Assembly: GCA_028716565.1 (NCBI GenBank) | Contig: JAQUPL010000003.1 | Coordinates: 66,029 to 130,028 of the forward strand | Origin: Candidatus Omnitrophota bacterium | GTDB taxonomy: Bacteria; Omnitrophota; Gorgyraeia; Pluralincolimonadales; Pluralincolimonadaceae | DNA: 64,000 nucleotides | Direction: 5' to 3' | Part shown: piece after piece, positions 1 to 9,609 of the stretch | How positions within the stretch are numbered: the stretch's first letter is position 1 | How the letters are laid out: the number at the start of each line of letters is the position of its first letter | Program-made: the position numbers and the translations under genes | The notes under the pieces: generated by a model | What the model was told of the DNA's origin: nothing | What the model saw: only the letters and a program-made list of their open reading frames with translations | Database searches by the model: none

Positions 1-117
1 CCCGCTTGCATGGTAAAATAGCTTCTATAGTTAAGATGTAACTCGGATTAGCTCTGGTTTTGTATTTTTTTTCCTCAAGATTGCCCTTGTGGGCAAAATA
101 ACCGAAATTACCGAAAA

Positions 118-780
118 ATGAAAAAGACATATTTTCTCGTATTGATTGTTGGACTGATCTTTTCCCCGGCATCTCCGGCGCACGCCGGCAATTTGCTGGT
201 CAATCCCGATTTTGAGATGTGGGGGCCATGGGGCGCAGGCGGCGCAGAGGTTCCCGCAGCTTGGTGGAGTATGTTCAATGACCCAAGCGTGATCGGAACA
301 AAGGAATCCGCTATCAAGTGGAGCGGATCTTATTCCGCAAAGGCAGAGTTTGCGGGTACTGCCGGCACATGGGGCGGCTGGGGCCAGAGGATACCTTTTA
401 CGGCCGGAAACAAATTATATGTCCGTCAGCCCCTGAATATACCGGCGCCTTTGGGAGGCAACCATTCGCTGGCGACCCTGGAAATAGCGTTTGAAAGCGC
501 GCCTGACGTTACCATAGGCTCTCCGGTTAAGGGATCGGTATCTGAGGCATACGGAAGCGAGTGGGGCGCTTGGTGGTGGGAGACAGTTGCTCCGGCAGGT
601 ACGACTTCTATCAGGTATGCCGTTCTTTTGGAGACATGGGGAAACGGCAGCGGCACTGCGTATTTTGACGATTGTTATGCCGGTGATACTCCATGGGCGC
701 CAATTCCGGAACCGGCGAGCATGTTATTGCTAGGCTCCGGCTTACTAGGATTATTAGGTATCGCAAAAAGGAAAAATTAG
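118..780 (+). CDS. PEP-CTERM sorting-domain secreted protein
   Basis: N-terminal signal peptide (MKKTYFLVLIVGLIFSPASPAHA). C-terminal PIPEPASMLLLGSGLLGLLGIAKRKN matches the PEP + TM helix + basic tail of the exosortase sorting signal. Confidence 0.6.
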   Translation: MKKTYFLVLIVGLIFSPASPAHAGNLLVNPDFEMWGPWGAGGAEVPAAWWSMFNDPSVIGTKESAIKWSGSYSAKAEFAGTAGTWGGWGQRIPFTAGNKLYVRQPLNIPAPLGGNHSLATLEIAFESAPDVTIGSPVKGSVSEAYGSEWGAWWWETVAPAGTTSIRYAVLLETWGNGSGTAYFDDCYAGDTPWAPIPEPASMLLLGSGLLGLLGIAKRKN

Positions 781-925
781 AGCAATAAATAGACTCCCCG
801 CCGGTATCCCCGCCTAAACGGTTCCCGACTCATTGACTTCTCGACGGTAATATCGTAGTATATTAAGATACGGAGAGCTAGAAAGCCGCCCTCGTTTAAC
901 ATCGATTTAAATAAAAGGAGATAAG

Positions 926-2938
926 ATGAAAAAGCCGGTAATTATTGCCTATGTCTTAGCTTTGGTTTTAGCGGCCGTAATAATTTACCAATTAACGGCG
1001 GCCAAACTTCCCGTAGATAATGTCCTTCCCTCCGGCGCAATAGCGTATATCCGGATCACGGATGTGGAAAAACAGATCAATGAGTTCAAGGGCACGCGGC
1101 TTTGGAAGAACATCAAAAATATCGATATAGGGAAGTTGATGGAAAAAAGCGGCGCGAGCAAGAAGGACATGGAGGAATATCAGGACGCGAGGAAATGGCT
1201 CTCAAGCGCCTTCGGCGGCCAGGCGATAAATGAATTCTTCGGAAAAGAGATGGTGCTCGCGGTATATCCGGGCAACATCAAGGAGATAGGCCCCGGGGCG
1301 ATACAGGACGCCGCGTCAAACGCTGTCTTAGTGACGAGGACCAGGCCGGAGGCCGATTTTATCGAATTCGTGTCAAAACTCATAAACAGATCGGAAAAAA
1401 AGGTTGCCTTATCCGAGGAGACCTATAAGGGCAGGAAGATCACGATCGTCAAGATCAACGATAATACCGATCTTGCCTATACGAATATAAAGGACCTGTT
1501 GATAATCGGTGCCGGGAAGAAAGCCGCTGCTTCCTGTATCGATGTCGTCAACAAGGACAGGCCTTCCCTTTCCCAGGACAAGGACTACATCTCTACCATG
1601 TTGAAGCTTTCAAAGAACGCGAGCGTCGCTGTCTATGGCAATATCGGATCACTTGTTTCCCATGTCAAACAACCCGCTGCGGCAAACGAGCAGATCAGCA
1701 AGATGCTCGGGTTGTACTCGGGTTTCAAGACGATGGGTTATGCCTATTTCGCGGGGAATAAAAAATTAGAAGCCGTATTTTTTTACGATAGAGCGAAGAT
1801 GATCCCCCTCTATGCAAAATTATACTCCCTTGCGCCCCGGAAGGACGAAACCGTCAAGTTTGCTCCGGAAAATGCCATCAGCTACCAATGGGGAACTTTC
1901 GACTTTAAGTCGTATTGGGAATACATCAGCTCCGAAATGGAGCGGCAGTCCGCCCAGGCCGGCCAACCCGATAAGGCATTTCCGCTAAAAGGCCTTGTCT
2001 CCGGGTTGGAAGCTAAGATCGGGATGAGCCTTGATAATGATTTGATCCCCGCGCTGGGCGATGAAGCCGCTTTTATCCTTATGGACATCAACGTAGAAGG
2101 CCTGCTCCCCATGATGGAATTCGTCGCTTGTTTCAAAGTGAAAAACAAGGCGACCATCGAAAAGGCCCTGGATTCCCTGTTGAAAGACGGCGAAATCTCC
2201 CTTCAATCGGAAGGATATAAAGGCGTCGACCTGAAATATATCAATCTGCCCTTCGGAACGGACCTGCAGCCGTCATACTGTTATATGGGGGATTATCTGC
2301 TTGTATCGCTGGGGCGAAAACCCATAAAAGCGTCGATAGACACGTCGAAGGGCGACTTAAAGTCTCTCCTGGAGAATGAGGATTTCAAGGCCGTTAATCA
2401 CGGTCTTACAGGAGAGTGCAATTCAGTATATTTCCTTAAGGCCGACGTCTTGATGTTGAGGGCCAAAAGCATATGCGAATGGCTCTACGGATGGATGGTG
2501 ATCGCGGAGAAGCAAGCCGAGAAATACAAGGAAATGGCAAAGGCCAAATCCGGCGCTTTGGCATCCGATATAGCCGAGGGCGAGGCGGACTTGGAAAAAT
2601 CGGCAGCGATCCTTCAGGCGCTTGAAAAGGAGATAGAAGGCCTTAAAGCGCAAGGGGCTGATACGGCTGCGAAGCAAGCCGAATCGGACAACCTGAAAGA
2701 AGATATCGCGCTGAAGCGGAATATGCTCGATGAGGATAAGAAGAATCTTGAACAGATGCGGGCATCGGCTGAACGCAAGCCTTCGCAGAAGATGGACCTC
2801 CCGCTGGTAAAGCTTTATCTGGATGAGTTGGTTTACCCTGTCATGGACGGCCTGCAGTCCGTGAAGGCCGTGGGGTCAAGGGCCACTTTCGGGAATGATG
2901 TTACGTGCTCGGAGACCTTTTCTAAAGTAGTAGATTGA
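926..2938 (+). CDS. hypothetical membrane-anchored protein with C-terminal coiled-coil
   Basis: 670-aa ORF with N-terminal TM helix; C-terminal third is Lys/Glu/Ala-rich and heptad-like; RBS AAGGAG upstream. Confidence 0.45.
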   Translation: MKKPVIIAYVLALVLAAVIIYQLTAAKLPVDNVLPSGAIAYIRITDVEKQINEFKGTRLWKNIKNIDIGKLMEKSGASKKDMEEYQDARKWLSSAFGGQAINEFFGKEMVLAVYPGNIKEIGPGAIQDAASNAVLVTRTRPEADFIEFVSKLINRSEKKVALSEETYKGRKITIVKINDNTDLAYTNIKDLLIIGAGKKAAASCIDVVNKDRPSLSQDKDYISTMLKLSKNASVAVYGNIGSLVSHVKQPAAANEQISKMLGLYSGFKTMGYAYFAGNKKLEAVFFYDRAKMIPLYAKLYSLAPRKDETVKFAPENAISYQWGTFDFKSYWEYISSEMERQSAQAGQPDKAFPLKGLVSGLEAKIGMSLDNDLIPALGDEAAFILMDINVEGLLPMMEFVACFKVKNKATIEKALDSLLKDGEISLQSEGYKGVDLKYINLPFGTDLQPSYCYMGDYLLVSLGRKPIKASIDTSKGDLKSLLENEDFKAVNHGLTGECNSVYFLKADVLMLRAKSICEWLYGWMVIAEKQAEKYKEMAKAKSGALASDIAEGEADLEKSAAILQALEKEIEGLKAQGADTAAKQAESDNLKEDIALKRNMLDEDKKNLEQMRASAERKPSQKMDLPLVKLYLDELVYPVMDGLQSVKAVGSRATFGNDVTCSETFSKVVD

Positions 2939-2982
2939 CCCTATTGATTTCCCGTCGGGAATAATGTAATATATTGCTTCAC

Positions 2983-3072
2983 GGAGAGGTGTGAGAGCGG
3001 TTGAATCAGCACGCTTGGAAGGCGTGTAGGTCCGTAAGGGCCTCCAGGGTTCAAATCCCTGCCTCTCCGCCA
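2983..3072 (+). tRNA. tRNA-Ser(GGA)
   Basis: Folds by hand: acceptor GGAGAGG/CCTCTCC, anticodon stem CACGC/GCGTG, loop TTGGAAG (anticodon GGA), long variable arm, T-arm CAGGG-TTCAAAT-CCCTG, encoded CCA. Confidence 0.85.
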
Positions 3073-3080
3073 TTTATTTT

Positions 3081-4526
3081 ATGGCATATCGCGAAAAGAG
3101 CTTCCCTATGAAGAGAGTCCTGCTGGTCAATCCTCCTGAAAGCGGCATGGGAGAGCATTCTTCCGCCCCCGCAGGCCTTTTGTATATCGCGGGGGTATTG
3201 CAAAAACATGATATCCCGGTAAAGGTCGTCGACGGGTTTTTAGAAGGATGGAAAGGCGTAGAGGAGACGATCAGGGATTACCGGCCCGATATCATAGGTA
3301 TCACCTGCCATACTTATGCCAGGGCCAGGGCGTTAAAGATCGCCAAACTGGCGAAAGATATCCTCCCTGAAGCAACGGTAGTTGTCGGCGGGGCGCATCC
3401 TACGGTAATGCCCAGGCAGATGCTCGAGAATTACCCCTTCATAGACATAGCGGCTATAGGCGAAGCGGATTATGTCCTGCGGGATGTATGCGAAAATAAA
3501 AGCTATTCGACTATCCCCGGGATAGCGTACCGCGAGAACGGCCGCGTTGTCATAAATCCGAGGTCAGACGTTATCGCGGACCTGGACACCCTGCCGTTCC
3601 CGGCTTGGAACCTCCTCGACCTGAAACGCTACCCTCCGGACGGCCAAGGCGTCTACCGCGGCATAGACCTCGCTAAAGAGCCGCGCATCTCCGTGGTATT
3701 TTCAAGAGGATGCGTAGGCGACTGTAATTTTTGTTCCAACAGGCTGATGTGGAAAAGATGGAGGCACCGTTCCCCGGAAAACATGCTCGGGGAGTTGGAG
3801 CTTTTGAATAAGACCTTCGGCATAAAGCACATCCATTTCAATGACGACTGCTTTTCAGTGGATAAGAAAGCGGCTATAGGCCTGTGCCGCGGCATCGCGG
3901 ACAGGAAACTGGATATAGTCTTTGACATCGTTACGCGCACGGATTGTGTCGATGCCGAAATATTACAGGCATTGAAAGACGCCGGCTGCTATAGTATCAG
4001 TTACGGCGTGGAGACGGCCTCTCCGATCCTGCTTAAGATCATGGGAAAACCGATAAATACAAAAAAACAGGAAGAGGCCATAAAATTAACAAATTCGTTC
4101 GGGATAAGGACCCTGGTCCTCCTCATTGCCGGCTGCGTCGGAGAGACGTGGGAGACGATCAACGAGACCGTGGATTCCATGGACCGGGCGCAGCCCTCGG
4201 CGGTCGGCATAGCTAACGGACTGATGATATTCCCCGGCACAAAGGTCTACGATATAGCCAAGAAGAACGGCGTGATCGATGACAGTTTTTGGCTGACAGA
4301 TTATGCCTGGAAGATGTATACTTTTGAAAACTCCCCTTTATGGCTGGATATCTTCAGCCGCGCGCTTGAGACGAGGCGGAGGTTGTCCCGGTCCCGGATC
4401 GTTAATTTGATCAGGAACCACAGGTTCGTCTCGCGCCGGATCGGGCGCAGGATAAAGGACCTTCTTATGGGATTCGGACTGGCGAAACAGGGAACGGCAG
4501 GCGGCAAATACAAGGTGGTCCGGTAG
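3081..4526 (+). CDS. B12-binding domain radical SAM protein
   Basis: N-terminal Rossmann-like B12-binding region followed by CxxxCxxC (GCVGDCNFCSN) radical SAM core. Confidence 0.7.
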   Translation: MAYREKSFPMKRVLLVNPPESGMGEHSSAPAGLLYIAGVLQKHDIPVKVVDGFLEGWKGVEETIRDYRPDIIGITCHTYARARALKIAKLAKDILPEATVVVGGAHPTVMPRQMLENYPFIDIAAIGEADYVLRDVCENKSYSTIPGIAYRENGRVVINPRSDVIADLDTLPFPAWNLLDLKRYPPDGQGVYRGIDLAKEPRISVVFSRGCVGDCNFCSNRLMWKRWRHRSPENMLGELELLNKTFGIKHIHFNDDCFSVDKKAAIGLCRGIADRKLDIVFDIVTRTDCVDAEILQALKDAGCYSISYGVETASPILLKIMGKPINTKKQEEAIKLTNSFGIRTLVLLIAGCVGETWETINETVDSMDRAQPSAVGIANGLMIFPGTKVYDIAKKNGVIDDSFWLTDYAWKMYTFENSPLWLDIFSRALETRRRLSRSRIVNLIRNHRFVSRRIGRRIKDLLMGFGLAKQGTAGGKYKVVR

Positions 4527-4558
4527 AAGCCGCCAATCGCTTACTAAACGGAGGATAC

Positions 4559-5548
4559 ATGAGATATATCAAGGTCGTGATGGTTTTCCTGGCGATAACG
4601 GTCCTGGCGGCAAATATCTCTTATGCCGCAGGCGCGAACAAAAAAATAAAAGTCGGCGTAAGCGTCGCTACGATGAAAGAGGCGGTATATTCTTTTATGA
4701 AGAAGGCGATGATGGATAATAAGGATAAATATAACGCGGAGATCTACTGGGTCGCGGCAAATAACGACGAGATGGCCCAGGTTGCCAATGTCGAAGACCT
4801 TCTGGCGCAGGGCATCGACGTCCTGATCCTGCACCCGGTCAATACGGTCGCGGCCGGGAGCCTCGTTGAGAAGGCGAGAAAAGAGAACGTGCCGGTAATC
4901 TCGATGGACAGGCTGCCGGTCAACGCCAACGTAAATTGCCACGTCACCGCTAACAGCTTCCTCGTCGGGCAGACGCAGGCTAAGTATCTCGCGGAAAAGC
5001 TTAACGGGAGGGGGAACGTCGTCATCCTCGAGGGAGAGTCGGGTAACGATGTTGCGAAGGAGATAACCGCCGGAAATAAAGATATCCTGAAGAATTATCC
5101 GGGCATGAAGATAGTCGTGGACCAGACGCATAAGGCGTGGTCGAGGAACCTGGCGATGGCTACAACCGAGAACGCGCTGACGAATTACAATAACGATATA
5201 CAGGGTATATCGGCCAACAACAGCGGAATGATAATGGGCGCGGTCCAGGCTATCCTCGCCGAGGGCCTGAAAGGCAAGATAATCACGGTCGGCTCGGACG
5301 CGGACAAGGACAGCTGCCAGGCGATAATCGACGGCACGAACAGCGCCGATGTCGACAAGATGCCCTATCATCTGGGGTTGATCAGTTTTCAGGTTGCCAT
5401 CAGCATCGCCAAAGGGGCAGAGATTGAATCCGATGCGATGGTCCAGAACGGAAAATATAAAGTGCCGGTAAAATTCACGCCGGTCCGCCTCATCACAAAA
5501 GAGAACGTCAAAGAGATGAAAGACCGCTGGCCCGATCTGAAATTTTAA
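4559..5548 (+). CDS. sugar ABC transporter substrate-binding protein (ribose/xylose type)
   Basis: Signal peptide; periplasmic-binding-protein type I fold pattern; first gene of an SBP-ATPase-permease operon. Confidence 0.7.
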   Translation: MRYIKVVMVFLAITVLAANISYAAGANKKIKVGVSVATMKEAVYSFMKKAMMDNKDKYNAEIYWVAANNDEMAQVANVEDLLAQGIDVLILHPVNTVAAGSLVEKARKENVPVISMDRLPVNANVNCHVTANSFLVGQTQAKYLAEKLNGRGNVVILEGESGNDVAKEITAGNKDILKNYPGMKIVVDQTHKAWSRNLAMATTENALTNYNNDIQGISANNSGMIMGAVQAILAEGLKGKIITVGSDADKDSCQAIIDGTNSADVDKMPYHLGLISFQVAISIAKGAEIESDAMVQNGKYKVPVKFTPVRLITKENVKEMKDRWPDLKF

Positions 5549-5558
5549 GGTCATCAAA

Positions 5559-7085
5559 TTGGAAAACCCGGTTATTTTAGAGACTAAGAACATCACGAAA
5601 GACTTTCCCGGCGTCCGCGCCCTGGACAGCGTCTCTTTCCAGCTTAAGAAAGGCGAAGTCCTGGGATTGGTCGGCGAGAACGGTGCCGGTAAATCTACCC
5701 TCATGAAGATATTCAGCGGCGCGTATCCCGCCAACACTTACGACGGCGAGATCTCCATAGAGGGCAAGCGCTGCATTTTCAACGGCCCGAAAGATTCCCA
5801 GGGCGCCGGCATAGCCATCATCTACCAGGAATTGAACCTCATCCCCGAGCTTACGGTCGCGGAAAATATATTTTTAGCCCGCGAGCCGACGGTCGGAAAG
5901 ACAGACATCGTCGACCGTAAAAAACTTTTCAGCCAGGCAAAAGACCTGCTCGACCTGCTGAATATCCCCATACCCGCCCAAGAACAAATAAAGAACCTGA
6001 GTATCGGCAAGCAGCAGATGGTCGAGATAGCAAAGGCCCTCTCCTACCAGGCGAAGATCCTTATCCTCGATGAGCCGACGAGCGCCCTGACCGAGCAGGA
6101 AGTCGAAGTCCTCTTGAAATTGATAGATTCGCTGCGCGCCCGCGGCGTCAGCATGATATATATCTCACATAAACTCGACGAGATATTCAAGATCACCGAC
6201 ACCGTGACCGTGATGCGCGACGGAAAGACCGTTGCCTCCAGGCGCACCCCTGAATTGGGCCGGCAGGAGATGGTCGCGCTCATGGTCGGCCGGAACATAG
6301 AAGATATGTATCCCAAGAAAGCTGCCGCGGAAGGCGATGTAGTCCTGGAAGTGAAAAATCTGTTTGTTTCCCACCCATTCCTTGCCGGGGAAAAAGTGGT
6401 CAAAGATGTGAGTTTTAAAGTGAGAAAAGGGGAGATACTCGGGATATCCGGCCTGATGGGCTCGGGCAGGTCTGAATTGGTCACTTCGATCTTCGGCGCA
6501 TTCCCCGCGGATTCAACCGGAGAGGTGCATATCGGGGGCAAACAAGTCAAGATACGCTCCCCGTATGAGGCGATAAATTACGGCCTCGGGCTGGTGACCG
6601 AAGACCGCAAGTTATTCGGCCTCGTCCTCGGAATGCAGGTAGGGGAGAATATCACGCTCTCCTGCCTGGAAAAATTAAGCTGGCGCCAGATAATAATGCG
6701 GCGCCGGGAAAATGAGTTGATAAACAAATATATAGGCGCCTTGAGGGTAAAGACGCGCAGTTCGGAGACGGTAGTCAATACGTTGAGCGGCGGCAACCAG
6801 CAGAAAGTCGTCATCGCCAAATGGCTCGCCACCAATCCCAAAATTCTTTTACTGGACGAGCCGACGCGCGGCGTGGATGTCGCCGCGAAAGCCGAGATAT
6901 ACCAATTGATGACCAATCTTGCCGGCGAAGGATTGGGTATAGTCATGGTCTCCTCCGACCTTCCCGAAGTAGTGAGCATGAGCGACAGGATACTGATAAT
7001 GCACGAGGGCCGGATGGTAAAGGAACTGCAAAAAAATGAAGCCACGCAGGAGAAGATAATGTTCTACGCGACGGGGGGCAAATGA
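5559..7085 (+). CDS. sugar ABC transporter ATP-binding protein (duplicated ATPase, RbsA/MglA type)
   Basis: Two Walker A motifs (GENGAGKST; GLMGSGRSE), two ABC signatures (LSIGKQQ; LSGGNQQ), two Walker B (ILILDEPT; ILLLDEPT). Confidence 0.85.
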   Translation: MENPVILETKNITKDFPGVRALDSVSFQLKKGEVLGLVGENGAGKSTLMKIFSGAYPANTYDGEISIEGKRCIFNGPKDSQGAGIAIIYQELNLIPELTVAENIFLAREPTVGKTDIVDRKKLFSQAKDLLDLLNIPIPAQEQIKNLSIGKQQMVEIAKALSYQAKILILDEPTSALTEQEVEVLLKLIDSLRARGVSMIYISHKLDEIFKITDTVTVMRDGKTVASRRTPELGRQEMVALMVGRNIEDMYPKKAAAEGDVVLEVKNLFVSHPFLAGEKVVKDVSFKVRKGEILGISGLMGSGRSELVTSIFGAFPADSTGEVHIGGKQVKIRSPYEAINYGLGLVTEDRKLFGLVLGMQVGENITLSCLEKLSWRQIIMRRRENELINKYIGALRVKTRSSETVVNTLSGGNQQKVVIAKWLATNPKILLLDEPTRGVDVAAKAEIYQLMTNLAGEGLGIVMVSSDLPEVVSMSDRILIMHEGRMVKELQKNEATQEKIMFYATGGK

Positions 7086-8203
7086 AAAACCAGGGTAAAA
7101 GCGGCATCGGCCGGGTCATCATCGGGAAATACGGCAATTTAATAGGCCTTGTTGTTTTGATAGTCCTGACGACGATATTGACGAACGGCATGTTCTTTAC
7201 CCAGAGGAACCTTATTAATGTCCTGCGCCAGGTATCGGTGAACGGCATACTTGCCGTCGGCATGACGCTGGTCATCATCACCGGCGGCATCGACCTGTCT
7301 GTAGGTTCTGTGGTGGCCCTGACCGGCATCATCGCGGCGTTGCTGCAGCCGCAAGGGACCGCGGCGGCGATCGTCCTTACCCTGTTGGCAGGAGCGGCGA
7401 TCGGAGGATGTAATGGTTTCTTCGTAACGAAATTCAGGATACCCTCATTTATCATTACCCTGGGCATGATGACGATCGCCAGGGGCCTTGCCTTGGTATT
7501 TTCAAAGGGCGAGGCGATATCAGGGCTTAACGACAGCTTCTCGGCTATAAGTGAAAGTTATATTTCTCCGTCCGTCTCCCTTACGGTCTTTGCCTTTCTA
7601 GCTCTCCTTACCGTATTCTTATTTGTTAAAGAAAGAAAAAGCTCAGGATACGAAAGAAAAATATTTACTTTCAATTTTATCGGCGCGATGAGCATCCTGT
7701 TTATTGCGGCTGCCGTCGCCGTCCTGGTATGGCTGATAGGGTTCCGCGGCATGCCCGCCGGTGTCGCGGTGTTTTTAGGTATAGCGTTCCTCGGCGCTTA
7801 TACGCTTAACCAGACGAGGTTCGGCCGTTATGTATATGCTATCGGAGGCAATGAAGAGGCGTCGCGGCTCTCCGGCATAAACGTCAAACTGGTCAAGTTC
7901 CTGGTCTTTCTCATCATGGGCGTCCTGGCCGCGGTCTCGGGCATGGTCCTGGCCGCGCGCCTTAATTCCGGCGTCCCGACTTCGGGAGTGATGTTCGAAT
8001 TGGACGCCATCGCCTCGGTCGTCATAGGCGGGACAAGCCTCTCCGGCGGTTACGGCAGCGTCGGCGGCTCGATAATAGGCGCTTTTATAATCGGGACGCT
8101 GAATAACGGGATGCAGCTATTGCACATAGATCCTTTTTACCAGGAGATCGCCAAGGGCGTCATAATCATAGGCGCGGTCCTGATGGACAGGAAAAAGAAG
8201 TAA
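7082..8203 (+). CDS. sugar ABC transporter permease (RbsC family)
   Basis: Multi-TM protein translationally coupled (ATGA overlap) to the ATPase gene; carries an extra AT-rich internal segment near 7560-7700. Confidence 0.75.
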   Translation: MKNQGKSGIGRVIIGKYGNLIGLVVLIVLTTILTNGMFFTQRNLINVLRQVSVNGILAVGMTLVIITGGIDLSVGSVVALTGIIAALLQPQGTAAAIVLTLLAGAAIGGCNGFFVTKFRIPSFIITLGMMTIARGLALVFSKGEAISGLNDSFSAISESYISPSVSLTVFAFLALLTVFLFVKERKSSGYERKIFTFNFIGAMSILFIAAAVAVLVWLIGFRGMPAGVAVFLGIAFLGAYTLNQTRFGRYVYAIGGNEEASRLSGINVKLVKFLVFLIMGVLAAVSGMVLAARLNSGVPTSGVMFELDAIASVVIGGTSLSGGYGSVGGSIIGAFIIGTLNNGMQLLHIDPFYQEIAKGVIIIGAVLMDRKKK

Positions 8204-8276
8204 ACCTTTTGTTCCGCCCCGCGTCTAATTTAGCAGGAAAAGGGAAGATTACCACACCTGCTAAAAGGAGGCGGAG

Positions 8277-8711
8277 ATGAAGAGCATAGCGATAGCGTTA
8301 GCGGCAGCGGCACTTTTAAGTTTTTCGGCGACGTCGTTCGCGAGCAGCTGGGATATGGTCGGGAAGGTCCTGACCGGCATCGAAGGGGCGAGGATATTAA
8401 CGGGCGGAAAGTTCGATGTCATCGGCAGCGTTATGGATGTTACCAACATCAGGCAGGACCGCGGCGCGACCGTTGTCGAAAAGCGCGTTTATGTGGTCGA
8501 GCAGCAAGCCCCATGCAAACGTGTCTGGGTACCGACGTATTCTTGCAGGGAAGAGTGGGTCCCGGCCCATTGGGAGCGCGACACGAGAAAAGGAAAAATC
8601 TTCATCGAAGGCCACTATGTGACGTATAAAGTCGAGAACGGCGGGTATTGGGTGAATGAATACCCCCGGCAGGAGAGGTACGCGAGACAGGGCAGCAGGG
8701 GCTGCCGTTAA
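8277..8711 (+). CDS. hypothetical small secreted protein
   Basis: Signal peptide MKSIAIALAAAALLSFSATSFA; RBS AAAGGAGG; Trp/Tyr-rich C-terminal half. Confidence 0.4.
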   Translation: MKSIAIALAAAALLSFSATSFASSWDMVGKVLTGIEGARILTGGKFDVIGSVMDVTNIRQDRGATVVEKRVYVVEQQAPCKRVWVPTYSCREEWVPAHWERDTRKGKIFIEGHYVTYKVENGGYWVNEYPRQERYARQGSRGCR

Positions 8712-8733
8712 GAAAAAGCATATATAGTTCTGC

Positions 8734-8767
8734 AACGGGCCGGATCTAACCATCCGGCCCGTTTTGT
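8734..8767 (+). terminator. Rho-independent terminator
   Basis: AACGGGCCGGAT-CTAACC-ATCCGGCCCGTT hairpin followed by TTGTT. Confidence 0.5.
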
Positions 8768-8841
8768 TAAGGCCCATAAAAAGCTGGATATGGCCGGAAA
8801 AATAAGGTATAATCTGTGCTCTTCTAGCCAAAGGTGAACCC

Positions 8842-9585
8842 ATGGGCGTTTTATCCAATATATTAATAAGTGTTTTTATCGTAAGCGCTATTTCGCTTAT
8901 AGGTATATTTACGCTGCTGTTCAAGAACAAGTCGCTCGACAAGTTATTCTTCGTGCTGGTGAGTTTTGCTACCGGCTCGATGCTCGGTGCGGCTTTTTTG
9001 GACATTCTTCCGGAGGCGGTGGAGAAGGCCTCGCCGGAAATGGTATTCGGGAGCGTGCTTCTCGGCATAATGGTCTTTTTTTTGATGGAGAAGTTCCTCT
9101 ATTGGTATCACTGCCACGAAGGGGAATGTGATGTCCACCAGTTCACGTATTTGAATCTTGTGGGCGACAGCATACATAATTTCCTCGACGGCGTGATCAT
9201 AGCAGCGGCCTTCTTAACGAGCACGTCGGTCGGCGTCATAGCGACAATAGCGATAGTGATGCATGAGATACCGCAGGAGCTGGGGGATTTCGGTATACTC
9301 GTCTACGGCGGCTTCAGCAAAGTCAAAGCGCTGATATATAATTTCATCACCGCCCTTACCGCAGTCGTCGGGGCGGTAATAGCGTATTTTTTCCTGGACA
9401 AGATAACGGGCTTTACGCCTTTCATGCTTGGGATCGCCGCGGGAGGCTTTATCTATATCTCCTGCACGGACCTTATCCCGGAACTTAACAAAGAAAGAAA
9501 GGTTACCAAGTCTGCACAGCAATTCGTCTTAATGCTGCTCGGAATGGGACTTATACTGGCCGGTAAGATATTCTTCAAAGAATAG
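8842..9585 (+). CDS. ZIP family metal (Zn/Fe) transporter
   Basis: Multi-TM protein with the ZIP signature HEIPQELGDFGIL and a His-containing segment. Confidence 0.75.
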   Translation: MGVLSNILISVFIVSAISLIGIFTLLFKNKSLDKLFFVLVSFATGSMLGAAFLDILPEAVEKASPEMVFGSVLLGIMVFFLMEKFLYWYHCHEGECDVHQFTYLNLVGDSIHNFLDGVIIAAAFLTSTSVGVIATIAIVMHEIPQELGDFGILVYGGFSKVKALIYNFITALTAVVGAVIAYFFLDKITGFTPFMLGIAAGGFIYISCTDLIPELNKERKVTKSAQQFVLMLLGMGLILAGKIFFKE

Positions 9586-9609
9586 CCTCCGCCTTAACCC
9601 AATAAAAAT

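Noticed and set aside
4544-5737. 397-aa minus-strand ORF antisense to the sugar-binding-protein gene
   Set aside because: No RBS, Arg/His-rich low-complexity translation typical of antisense frames in GC-rich genes; the + strand gene has clear family features.
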